DNA of 34,193 nt, from contig JALJEE010002886.1 of the NCBI GenBank assembly GCA_023231475.1, positions 1-34,193 on the forward strand, given 5' to 3'. The stretch is from Seison nebaliae (taxonomy: Eukaryota). This document shows, in pieces, positions 1-12,521 of this stretch. A program made the position numbers and the translations under genes. The notes under the pieces were generated by a model. It did no database searches. It saw nothing but the letters and a program-made list of their open reading frames with translations, and had not been told where the DNA came from. Position 1 is the stretch's first letter; every line of letters begins with the position of its first letter.

Positions 1-629
1 CAAGAGAATGAAATTCAAATAACCAAATTGAATGAGAAGATCATCGATGGCAACATGTGTCAGGAAGTGATGAAGAAGAAAATTGAGACGATGGAACAAG
101 ATCTTGTTGAGAAGACGAAATCACTTGGCGATTTCAATGAGAGAAGGAAATTGCATGGTGATTATCGAATGAGACGAATTGAAGAAGAATTTAAACAAAA
201 AACAAATCTTGTTGCAACAACGACATAAACGACTAAATGTTTCACGGTCGAAAGACGAAGAGAATTATAATGTGGACGATATCGAAATTAATACGTCATT
301 AGCAGTTGAGAGGAAGAAGGTGGAATTCCTTCAGTCCAAATGTTAATCAACTGACCGAAGTACATAAGCGATTGGTAAGAGATAATTGTGATTTCAGAAA
401 TGAACTTCCTGCTATCGAGAAACGTTTCCGAAACGCAATGGAACGTGTGAAATTGTTGGAAGTAAATTTGAAGCAAGCGAGAAATGCGTCGATGGCGCAA
501 AAGAAGAAATATCAACAAGAAGTGGAAAGGATTATGGAAGCGGTGAAGAAACGGAATATTGGGAGTGGTTTTCGGATGAATGCGAATATTGTTAAATCAG
601 TTAGAGCGGGACAACATTTACGAAAATAA
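1..629 (+). CDS. Khc: Kinesin-1 heavy chain, C-terminal stalk/tail (5'-partial; two +1 frameshifts)
   Basis: NVNQLTEVHKRLVRDNCDFRNELPAIEKR...YQQEVERIMEAVK...NIVKSVRAG matches the kinesin-1 tail (LVRDNADLRCELPKLEKR, IAKPIRPG). A continuous frame needs one A removed from 197-202 and one from 338-340. Confidence 0.9.
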
Positions 630-1017
630 TATTGCTTATCATCATACTCGTTTCATTTAATTTAGTTAATTTCATATTATTCCAAATAACGTGAATATAA
701 TGATGATGGAGGATATAGTGGAAATTAATTCCAACAAATTTAATTTCCCCCCATACAAAACAACAATTTATTTCTATAAAATAAAGTTAATAAAAAAAAT
801 TAAACAATTTCAATAATTTCTTCCTCTATAAGATAATTGTTCGACATCTAAATTTCGAATTGGTGAAAGGAGTTCACTTTTAAGGAGTAGTCGACCCTCT
901 TTTAAGCAAAAAGAAACATATTAACCCTCTTTTCTGAAAAGGGAAAGAAGTTAACCCATTTCCTATAAACAATAAAATTGCTGGTTTTTGGTAAAAAAAG
1001 AATGAAGTAAACCAATT

Positions 1018-2749
1018 TTGAAGAAAAAAATTTTGTTAAAAATCGTCAATAGACGTGTGATGATTTCCAAGATCGACAGGAAATATCGACTGCCGAATAT
1101 AGAAATCCGACAGGTATCGAGGATCATCAAATCTTCCAGTGGTGAATTACTAACCAGCCCAAGATGCAAGTTTATAATTGCAATATCAAAAAAAGATATA
1201 CCAACGCTAATGGACCAAAAATTTTGGCCAAATGGGGTCGAAATACGAAACTTCTTCTACAATAACGATACAAAAAGTTTCCAGACGAAAAATATATATG
1301 AACATTTAATAGAAAAGAGTGAAAAGTTCGTTTCATCATCAGAGCAACCTAACTGTAAGTCTTAGGAATGACTGAATCTCGTAACATTAACATTATCAAT
1401 TTCAATTCCCACTGACCTGATGGATTAATCCCATTCCGCCCCAATTGATTTTTCTTTGATATAATTTTGCTACAGGAAGTGTGGTTACTATCCCTTCCTC
1501 AATATCTTCAAAACATCAACTCACATTCAATATTTCTGACACCTGCGGTAGCTCCCAACGGTGACAGTGGAAGAGGTAGATGCTCTCTGGGACTGATCAT
1601 AATGGTCAAGAAGGATTTATATCCGTTTAATTTTCGCATCATTCCTGATCGTATTTGCTCCATTCAGATAGGATCATTGGTCATGTTTAACGTTTATAGC
1701 GATAATATAAACATGCCGTTCCTGATTCGAGAATTATGTAATTTATATAATGAATCTTCTGAGATAGTAGAGAAATCTTGGCTGGTTGGTGGTAGCTTTA
1801 ACTTGTCGTCTACTGATGTCCGCAAGTATATGAATTCGTTTCGTCTGAATCGCTTTACAGATATTGATATGTCTCCATCCTTTTGACACCCATTCCGTTT
1901 TCACATACACTTTCAGATACTATGGGTTATTACGAAACATTTCTCTAACCGATTTTAAAAATTTCATCTCAACATACGATTCCACCTCTAGTCTACCTAT
2001 CAAGCGCGATTCCCTAGATCAATTACGCCTTTTTATTGACACAGGGGATGATAGTAATTTTTTTCCTCTTTTTTCAAGTTTATCCCGACGGGAATTTTAA
2101 CTAATAAATAATAATAATAGGGGAAGAAAAATTGTGACTGGAAATAAAATCACGGTCACGAGACAACCGATCCCTCAGATGAATAGGAATAAATGATTCG
2201 AGACTAAAGTTGTCAACGAGTGCTTCCAAATCTTCCATGGAGATGGGATATTGTAAAGCATAATATTGACAGAAAAATTTTGCAGAACTGTTGAATTGTT
2301 CACATTTTGCATATGTCGGATGATGAAAAGAAGATATGTGAATATCGGAAACGAGGGACAAATACCTCTTAACGATTAACAATGGGAAAGAAGGGATGTC
2401 CATTAGACAGAACATAAATGCTCGATTGAAAGGACGTTTATATCCGAGTAAGATGCGGCAGCACCGATTGTATGCTCTATCCATACAATTCATGAACTGT
2501 GTAGAAAATGAGATAAATGCGTGAATTCCATAAAAATCCGTGCAGAATGTACGAAATAGCTGGATTTTCAGTTCGATTGAAAATAGTTTACACCGATGGT
2601 GAAAGGAATAAAACGCTCGGATAAATTTCGATCTAATTTTATCGATTTTTGAGAATAAATAAACTGTGGTCGAGGAACACGTTACACTAACGTTCTGACG
2701 TTTCACTCCATTTGATTTTAGTTAGAGAATCTTTTAAAATAAAAAAAAA
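1018..2749 (+). mobile_element. Decayed non-LTR retrotransposon (LINE, CR1/L2-like) with internal deletion and inverted 3' segment
   Basis: ORF1 C-terminus (FWPNGVEIRNFF, stop 1365). ORF2 ATG at 1368 with APE endonuclease motifs (IINFN, DIILLQEVW, GRGRCSLGLIIMV, FNVY, VGGSFN) broken by TGA at 1413 and 1446. Post-RT region (KIQLFRTFCTDFYG, AYNRCCRILLG) on the minus strand at 2101-2706. AATAAA plus A-run at ~2738-2749. True 5' boundary not determined. Confidence 0.8.
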
Positions 2750-3373
2750 CTATTATCTAGATACAAGCTTAAACTATGCTTCATACTTTTACATTGTAGT
2801 GAAATTCCTTACAAGTTTTTGTTCGTCATCAATTAACATATAGTTTTCGTTGTGTTTTCGCAATTTTATTTTCACAACTAAGATTTCCAATAATTAATTG
2901 GCAATCGATAGGTGGCAAAATTTCGATAAATAAAGCCTGTAAATAATATACCAATTGAATAAACTACACTTCATTTTTTAAGACTATTTGTATAATGAAA
3001 TTTAGAATATGGTAGGAAACGAGTTGGATAGAAAATACCACTTGAAACCCACGGAATCTATTAAGGGGACACTCTGCGGGATAATCATAATCAATTATTT
3101 TATATTTTATTAAATTGAAGTTAAACAAATTAAATTTCTTAAATTTAAATAAAAGATAATGAATGGGACTTAAATCAAAATAAATAGAAAGCAAAGGAGA
3201 AAAATCATAAAACGAATTACCGATGTGGTTAAAAGTTTCCGTATTTGACCCTGACTTTATTGGAAATTGAATTGAGAGCATATTTATATATATATGTAGA
3301 AGGGATCGTTTAGTTTGGAAAGAATAGAACACTAATTGACGAAATTATTTCATGGCTAATAAATGTTATTAGA

Positions 3374-5577
3374 TTATTGAAGTATAGACTGTAAAGAATA
3401 ATCTCTTAATTGATTTTTATTCTCATCTTTTCTTTTTGATATATTATTCATGATGGACGTTGTTCCATTGGAAGTTGCTGGTAATGGTTGTTTAGACATT
3501 AACGATAACAAATATGAAACATTTTCATTGAAAGATTTCTGATTTGGTTTTTCCTGTTAAAAGTGAAGATTTAGAATTTTACAAATATAATATGAAAATG
3601 AACTTTCTCGTTATTTCCAATTGGTTTCTTTTCATTCAGTTCCTCTGATAATTTCATATGTTTTCTTTTTCCGTTATATTCATGGTTCTTATTGTCACAT
3701 GAATCAGACGAGTCAGATGTGGGAGATGGATGACTACGTTTATTAAACTCATTTGTAATTGATGGTTTTTGATTGATGCTGGTAGAAGATTTGTTATCAA
3801 TAGATTTGAGAATTGCTGAGAAATTTGATGAGATGCCGTTCGTGTTTGAACTGCTTTCAGATTTGTTTAAATCCGTCTTCTCCGATGGAATTATTGTAGG
3901 CAACGGCCAAAATGAAGGTAAACCATTAATTTGATTTATTTTCGAAAGAAAATTACCAATTTGTAAGGAGTCGGAAGTCGAAGAGTCTTGAATATTAGGA
4001 ATATTTAATGTGCCGTTCACTGATGGCATCGATAATTTCATTTTTTCCAAAATATTATCAAATATCTCATTTCTGCAATTCGATTGTAATTTCAACTGAT
4101 TTTGTTGTTGTTGTTGCTGCTGTTGTTGTTGCTGTTGTTGCTGTTGTTGCTGTTGTTGCTGTTGTTGAAATAGTAATTGTGTGGCGAAATGTTTAAGAAT
4201 GTTACTAGTCATCGAAGTTGAATTATCTATTTTCTGATTAGAATCGATTGATAGAGTTTTACCTTCATCGCTTGTTGTCGAAGTAGAAATTTGGTCGACA
4301 TCAATGGATGATGATGTTTGATCATTATCTGTATCATAATCTTTCACAGAATGAGATTCTAACATTTTACTAAACTTCTCGTCATCCAATTCATCATCTT
4401 CATCTTCATCATCAACTTCATCATCAATATCATCTCCAAACATTTCTCCATTATTCTTCATTCTTGTTCCGTTTTCTTTACTCATCTGCCGATGACGTCG
4501 ATGTTTATTCGAATCGAACAATTCTAATGGATAAGAGAATTGCGGATTACATCCATAATTACCATATTGCTTCTTATTTTTTAATGCTGCTGCTCTATCC
4601 CGCTGACGTCGATTTTTGAACCAGTTACCAACTTGTGTGGAAGTGAGTCCAGTCGCTTTTGCTAATTCTTTTTTTTTCTGAGGATTCGGATAGGGGTCTT
4701 GAAGATACCATTCTCTTAAATGTGTTCTGGTACGTTCTTTGAAACAATGAGTCTTCTGTTCGCCATCCCAAATTGTATTTGGCAAAGGGAACTTCTTTCG
4801 GACTCGGTATTTATCAACTGGACCAAGAGGTCTACCACGAATCCTCTCCGCTTCAATGTAATGCGCTTCTAACCACATTGCTTGTAATTTAGCATGAACC
4901 GTCATCGGTTTACTATTCGCATTAGCTGAAGATATTTTATATACATCATTTGGAAATTTATTTTTTTCAATAATCGAATATAATTCCTTAAAATTTCCCG
5001 TATGATAAGCGATAACCGCTCGACAACGTAATACAATGGAATTTTGAAGATATAATCCATTGTATTGAGGAAGAATGGAGAGAAAGTAGAGAAATTGGGC
5101 CAATTTCTCATAACATTCATCTTCTTCTAATTTCCTACAATAATCGATACATTTCTGTTGGGAACCAATTACATTAAACGGCGACTCCACCATCAACTTT
5201 TCCATGTTCTGATTGTTGATTAGAGTCATATTCGTACCATTGTTATTTGTATTATCAAGATTATCGTTAAATTCAGTCAAATTCACTTTCTTCTCATTTT
5301 TAATTAATTCGTTGTGATGATGTGAATCGTTCAAATTAGTTGGAATGGAGATATTGGTCGATTTCGACAATTCTTTCTCTTCGTCATTATGAATAGTTTT
5401 ATTCGACATGATCTCGTTACCGTTAACTGTGTTTGGGACTAATTGTTGTAATAATGTTGTAATATTATTATTAGTTAAGATGTTACTCCAAACATTCATC
5501 GTTGAAGAGAAATCGACAGAAGAAGAATCTAATGTAGTCGTAGTTGAATTAGATGAAGTTAACGATTGTTCATTCAT
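3374..5577 (-). CDS. Six3/6: Six3/6 (Optix-like) homeobox transcription factor, ~717 aa; exons 5577-3604 and 3553-3374
   Basis: SIX domain ([32 protein letters not shown]) and homeodomain with Six3/6-diagnostic QKTH and [12 protein letters not shown]. Intron 3554-3603 (GTTCAT..ACAG) joins an open exon ending DYSLQSILQ*. Confidence 0.97.
4102..4167 (-). repeat. CAA/CAG repeat encoding a 22-residue polyglutamine tract in Six3/6
   Basis: Mixed ttg/ctg triplets on the + strand, in frame with Six3/6. Confidence 0.95.
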
Positions 5578-8077
5578 ATTTTATCCATCAATTTCGAATA
5601 AATCTACTTAGAATAAGCAATTCCCAAATAATCCATATATTAGCATTATAATTAGTTATGTTGGTTAACAGAGATACTATTAATTGGAAATCGAAGAAAA
5701 TAATTGGAAATTCAGAAAAAATTGATTGGAGATTCGTATTCGTGCATCAACTAACTGATAACAAAAGAAAAAAGGGGAATCGTCGAAAAAGAAAAGAGAG
5801 AAGGTTGCTTGTCGTTATCGTGTAAATTTCAACCATATACATTACGAGTAACAAGTAGCGAAAAGGCCAATCAAAAATCTAGAATACGAAATAACTTTTC
5901 CGATTTGAACGAATATTTGAAGGATTACTTCAGAGAGGAATAGAAAGAAAACTCAGAACTATATGAATATGAACAACGTCATCTTAATAATAAAACAATA
6001 TACATCCAATACATTAAATTGGTGTAATATAATAAAACTGATTAAATTAAAATTAATACGAAACATTACGAAAATTATTAAAATTTATATTAATTAACAT
6101 TTCTAAATGTTTATCGATTAAACATGTTCAACTTATTTTTGATTGAATAAATAGATAGTTGGGAAAGTAAACTGCTTCAATCAATGTCGTACAAAAATCA
6201 TTTGGTTGGAGAACTGGTTGCCGGATAAATTTTCCATTTGGTATTGATTCATTAATAAGTGGATATAGTGCAATTATTTTACTTGTTTCACTTACACCTT
6301 GAATGAATGATTGAATGGATAGATAGTTGTAGATAAATTATTAAATGAGTTGACAAAATGAAAACAATAGGGTAAGGATAGACGTATCTGATTCGAGGTT
6401 CTTCTACGTTGAGCCTCGAAGTAAGAGAAAAGAAATGTTTCATAATTACATGTTTGACACCCAAAACAACTAATGTGTCTGATGCAAACTTTAGATAAGA
6501 ACTGAAATGTGCCATTTTCCTAATAGTTTCGATAAAGGAATATATCGATATGCAATTGGTTGAATGAACTATAATTGCTGTAATTATTTATTTTGGAAAT
6601 TGATTATATGAATTGATTATATCGAAGAATTGGACGTATGAAAGAAAACTTCCAATATAGTCAAATGAATGTGTCAATTGAAAACAGGAAAAATCATAGA
6701 AATCGATAAGGACCAAATCAAATAGTCTTCTGGTGGGCGGTGAACATGTTATTTAACAATTGAAATTTAAAGTTTGTTGATTATTTCCTGTTGGTTGGGA
6801 AGAAGACGAAGAAGAAGACGCAGAAGAAGAAGCAATTATTTAAGAATTCTCCTATCGATGTTTAAAGGAAATGGAATCGGTTTGAATAATGTCTTGATAA
6901 TGGAGAACATTGAATATAAGTATATGTTATCGTATGAATTAATCGCGGATAAATATGTCATCAGGAGAATGGGTTGAAAGCTCACGAAATACGATATGTC
7001 GTTCTGAAATAAATATGTCACATATTTCGGTAGGATGACAATACGGAATTGTTTTCGAAGAAAATTATGTGCATCTCAAATTCAGTTATCATCACTGATA
7101 TTCTTCATTATTCTCCTCTAAATTATCATTCGCTTATGATGAATGATACATAAACAAACACAACTCAGATCTTGCATACAGATATGCGATCGGCTACATG
7201 TGAATAAGAGACTCATAATAATGTATCGAAATATTTCTTACGGTTTTCATAATTTTTCCTATGCTACATCTCATATGCTCTCATTCGTCTCAATGATTAT
7301 TCGAATAGAAATAATGAGACTTGTCTCAAATTTTGTTCTTCTACGGTTGGCATTCAATTACAGAAGCTACTACAAGAGACGAATCTAGTTCGATAACAAG
7401 TGTGTGTGCAATATTTTCGGGTGGAAAATAACAAATTGACATGATATGAGATTAAACATATAGAATGATAAAAAATGCCAGGTTCATAAATTAATGAAGC
7501 CATCATCATTTTTGGTTGAATCGATGGATCGATCAATAAATAATGAGAAATGATCGTCTTATAATAATCGGTGAATATATATATATAATAATCGACTGCT
7601 CTCCGATATGGAAGTAAGAAGATTGAGAGGAGAATGCATATCCATTGGATAGAATGAAGTTACAAGTAATTAGGAAATCAGAGAACTATGAAGGAAATGA
7701 TATCAACATTCTAATGAATATGTCGAGACGAGGGGAGGAAGAATGCATTCTATTACGTATTTTTGTATGCATATCATTCGAAGAGGATAGTTTTTGTACA
7801 TTAATATCTGCTCAACAAATCCCAGTTAACATTAGAGTTATGTGTTTGATTTAAGAAGTACCACATATACAACTATAATTGAACAGACGATTATGATAAG
7901 TGATCATAATAAGTATCTCTGTTTCCCATACGAGTTAAATATTTCAATTGAATGAGAACTTCGAATAAGCGATTCGTTTCTCACTTTCTTTTCTTCTCAC
8001 ACCAACAAAGAGGAAATGAAAGAGAAGATGTAGAAGAAACATAATTATGAATAATTAATCGAATAATCTCAGAAATT

Positions 8078-8306
8078 TGAAGTGGCTCGAAGGGAGAATA
8101 GGCAGTCTTGATTCGAACTTTGCTGCCTCCGGAGTCATTTCAAGTCGTGATGTCTTTACTACTGTGTGGCGCCCATTACAGTGGTACTATCAAAAAAAAT
8201 TGGCAGCTTGAGATCTTTCGGCTGCTTCTTTCTCCTACCACTTTGTTTGACTGTGGAACGAGGGTGCTATTGAATGAGGGAGAGAATTCTTATTCGTTCT
8301 ACTTCA
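8078..8306 (+). ncRNA. Candidate structured RNA of unknown family (closed multibranch fold)
   Basis: GC-richer island. Terminal stem TGAAGTGG/CTACTTCA and internal stems AGGCAGT/GCTGCCT, TACTACTGT/ACAGTGGTA, GGCAGCT/GGCTGCT, TCTTTCTC/GGGAGAGA, CCAC/GTGG. Mismatches are mostly G-U on the + strand. Confidence 0.45.
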
Positions 8307-11300
8307 TAAATTAAGAAGTTTCTTACTGGCATATTGATCACTTGTTCCCTTGTGTCATATCTCTCTATTTTATTTCATTTATACGTCTCTATTCTATGTA
8401 CACATATCATCAATTGATGCTCCACAACTACTTACTTACCAACTTATCTACCAGTATTCAATACGTATTCTAGTTAGTTGGGTGAGCTTGCTTACTTACT
8501 TATTTACTTATAATCATCAGAATGGAAAGAAATGAGAAATTCATACAAAGAAACGTATAAAAATATATGTTTGATGATGTCTAATAGATATTGAGCAGTT
8601 CACATTACGATTTGCATTTACAGATATAAGAACATAGATCTTTATGGCTGGAGTAATTCTTCTGATTTTCTGCTAATCTTAACATATGGTAATTCGCTAA
8701 AGGCGAATCGGAGATTCTCATCTCATTATTTAGAAATTGCCGTTCCCTCTCATATTTTCACATCATGATCAATTGGTAGTCAATATAGGAAAGTAAGAAG
8801 TTGACGATGAAGAAAGAAAAGGAGATAGAATTCGCATACATATAAATAAATTAAGTTGGAAGCAATAATAGTACTCGTAATTTCAATTTGCAATCAATTA
8901 GCATATAAGTAGTGTCACTCGTAAGCTGTTCTCAGTTTTCGGTCAAAATAATGAAGCTGATCAATCCCCTTTTTTCATTTCTTCACTGTTGGATATCAGC
9001 AGAATCATCTTTCTACTTCTTCACTTAATCATGCGATGAAGAAAACCAAACGAACCTTTCCCTTCCAATTCTCTTCCAACAAATGACAAATGAAATAGTG
9101 GAACTGAATTGCCTAATTGGTCGTTTGACACCAAATTTGAGAACATTGGTAACTCTATATTTGTCTTTCATATTAGAAGTTTCAATAGCAAATAAAGAAG
9201 AACAACAGACATACTCCTAATTCATCTATTGTTTCATTGGAAATTACTGCTATTGGTTTCGATCGTAGCTCGCTTGTATTCTTTACACTTATTCAATGGA
9301 CTAGTTTTCGCAGAAAGGAAGAAGTTGACGAAGTCGAAGGAAACTTTTGACAAAAGATTTCCCCAATAACTTTTTTCTTTACGATTATAATTTCATTTAC
9401 CTTCTTCATTGGCAACCTTTCTTTTCGAAAGTTCGTTTCATTTTCTGATATACTAATGTAATAGACTAACTTCCACCGGATTGAACTTCTTCGCTCATTC
9501 TCTAATTGTTGGAGTCGAAAATGAGACATGCGATTAAACGAATGATTCCTTATTCTGTGCTTTGCCGACAGCCTATCATTGGTGCCCATTTCGTGCATAA
9601 GAACTTTGTCAATAATTTGTCAAAACGTCTTATGATTTGTTAGTAAAGAATGCACAATTATGAATTAATACAATACAATATAATTGTGAAGTCTTGTAAC
9701 AATTGGTTGGAAGAAATTTAAAGAGTCCTCATATTCAAGAAATATTATTACGAGTACTTAGTTGATATACCTTATTTTTGTTTACATAATCCTTGAAACA
9801 ACCATTGAAAGTAATTGTAACAAATAATCTTTGATGAAATTGAAGTTACTTCAATAATGAGATTTAAAACATTTAACCAGTTTTATACCTTTCGAATTGA
9901 AACGTAGGAAATAAGTTCGAATCAGCTAAATAATTCTTTTGCTATTAAATTGTATAAATTTCAAAGAAGATTGTATATGTATTCTGTATAAGCTAGATGG
10001 GAAATGAAATTAAATTCTTTAAAAAAAATTGAAACCGGCTGAAACTTTGATGACTAGTAATTTTCGTTAATATTTTTTAAAGACTTAAACAACATAACTA
10101 TATTTGCCAACTAGTGTTCGCCTTATTAGGAGAGAAGCCATATGGCTAATTGTATAAGTGAAAATATTCTTATTCAAATTCAATTATTTGTTGACCAGAT
10201 TTATAACATAAAGAAAATGGAGATATGGATTGTTTATGGATAGACGGATGGATGGATAGTTTAAGCCCGATACAGATCTTTATTTCTACTCATACATTTC
10301 TCATATTCTAAATGAATTATACATCAATCATTATCAACAACAACAAAAACGATAATAACAACAATACGAAGAGAATGATGAAGATTATAATTCTTGATGC
10401 ATCAAAAAATGGCAAATAATAAGGTGAATTGATGGGGAGAATGATGTATTATAGATAAATTAACGATATGCGTACATCATTGTTTTACTTGAGTTAACAA
10501 GTAATGAACACATTTTCGTCAATTGATTCGCTTTGCACAATAGATTAGAAAAGCTTTCGTCTACTATTAGATTGTACCATTTGAATGAATCGATTCGTTA
10601 AATTCAAAATATTAACAAGCTTCTCATCTTTTCATATTTTTCTTATATTATAAAGGATCTCGATTAACTTTCGAAAGTTTATCATCGTTCTGTGATCCAC
10701 ATTAACTCATCACGACAATTACCATTTGAAGTTTCGTTAATTTATATCGATTCTCTTATATTCAATTACGTCAAAACAAAACTGATTAATTAATTTATCC
10801 GTAAAAATACTTTTTATTAACAAATTATTGATCATCATTATTATTTAGTTTCATCTTCCCTAAATCGAACAACATAGAAGACCGAACTTTACTTATTCGT
10901 CAATTGAAATATGTCGAGATAAATATCATTTAATTGAAGCCGTTATTTATCGTCGAGTTTTTCAATCTGATTTTTATAAGAAATGTGAAGGACGAAATTA
11001 AAGAAAATAGAAAAATTTCGGGAGGAAAATTCATTCAAAATATTTTATGACAACCTCATCGTCAGTAGATGATTTAATTGTTTTTTTGGGAGACGAGAAA
11101 CGAATAATTGAAGTTGAATGAACATAGAGACGGTTTTGTTTTCTTTTTCTCATTCCAATTTATCGATAATGGATGAAAACTCCTCGTCTCATCGAAAATA
11201 TTTCATAAACATTCTACACTTGAAAAGAAGAACTTGTAGATTTGATTGAAAAATCTTTCCGGTCACTCTTGAAATACTTTCTTCGATCAGTCAATTAGAT

Positions 11301-11992
11301 GACCAATTAAATCGTTTTACATTTCTCAAATTCTACTCCCATGTTCGTACGAATAGAATTTCACGAATATATTCAATAAAACAGAAACAACTCTTCCACT
11401 TCTTAAACAACGGTAACTCGTGATAAACAAATATTCTAATTTACATGTCTTCAACATATCAAAAAGTTTTACGAATTTTCTAATTCCATTAGATTTTTTT
11501 TAACATAGTTCCTTTTCGGTTCTATCGCCTTACTCTGATATACGTCTTCATTTTACCTTTGAATCCGAACGAAAAGTTCAAGCAATCAATTTCTATTCGC
11601 TTCCGATTTGATTATTTACTACAGGAATCGTCATTTTGACTCAATTCAATTAAGTGGGAACATGCCTCAATTCACACCTCAATAAATAAATGAAGTTATC
11701 GTTCCTACTTTTAGAAATTATTCCACTTCGTTTCATTCTGATTCATTTAATCTTTCTTTATCAGATACAAATATCAAAAATAATCTGATAATATCTCTCT
11801 TATAATCATAAGAATAATTTGAGCAAATAATGTAATTAATAGAATTATCAGATTGAACAATTATCTTCCAAGGATGCATTTTAATTTACTAATAATATTT
11901 TATTCATACACTAATTCATTCCCCTCAATATATAGTCGAACCATAACACTTTTTCGATTTTAATTTAATTTCCCTTCATTTTTTATATTAAA

Positions 11993-12169
11993 ATGAATTT
12001 TCTGTTATATCATTTTCTTATCTTGACCATGATAATCTTCTTGATAAGAAGGGCTGATCAATTTTCGTTGAACGATCGAAAGAAAAGAAATGTTGAAGAT
12101 TTGATGGATGAAACAATGCCCATGGTAATTAATGCAATGCATCCCGAATTATTAGATAGAAACAAATAA
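11993..12169 (+). CDS. Small secreted peptide precursor, 58 aa (signal peptide + RKKR furin site)
   Basis: MNFLLYHFLILTMIIFLIRRADQFSLNDRKKRNVEDLMDETMPMVINAMHPELLDRNK*. TATATA ~60 nt upstream, AAAATG start context, AATAAA at 12267. Confidence 0.65.
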   Translation: MNFLLYHFLILTMIIFLIRRADQFSLNDRKKRNVEDLMDETMPMVINAMHPELLDRNK

Positions 12170-12339
12170 AATTTAATTGAAGCGAACTGCACATCGTATT
12201 GGCATGATTAAAGCATATTTCTAATACAATTTCTTCATAATTTTTCAGTTAAAATTTTTTTGCGCCAATAAAGCATTTACAAAAATTATTTTTAAAAAGA
12301 CATTCACTTAACATAAATTATCGTCGATCGAAATAGATA

Positions 12340-12441
12340 ATGTCCGGTTTCTTCATAATCTTTATTCCACTCTTTGTATTATTGGTGGTTGCAGTACTTG
12401 GTGGTATAACGGGAATGTACATTTATACTGGTACGAATTAA
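12340..12441 (+). CDS. Candidate 33-aa single-pass membrane micropeptide
   Basis: MSGFFIIFIPLFVLLVVAVLGGITGMYIYTGTN*. GC-richer than flanks; AATAAA at 12499. Confidence 0.3.
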   Translation: MSGFFIIFIPLFVLLVVAVLGGITGMYIYTGTN

Positions 12442-12521
12442 GAGAAAGAAATTCTCAAAAAATGATTGAAAAATTGATGATGTTGTGAATGATTTACTAA
12501 TAAACTATTCTCTTCATTATC

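Noticed and set aside
4008..4196. Poly-Val/Ala ORF on +
   Set aside because: Antisense shadow of the Six3/6 polyQ.
8078..8306. Divergent U1 snRNA that might explain the GTT donors
   Set aside because: Loops only loosely resemble U1-70K/U1A sites; no ACUUAC-like 5' end and no Sm site on the strand favoured by G-U pairs.
6288..9598. Short ORFs including poly-Arg 6774..6977
   Set aside because: Mostly non-ATG starts, low complexity (GAA/GAC repeat), no motifs or splice continuity.
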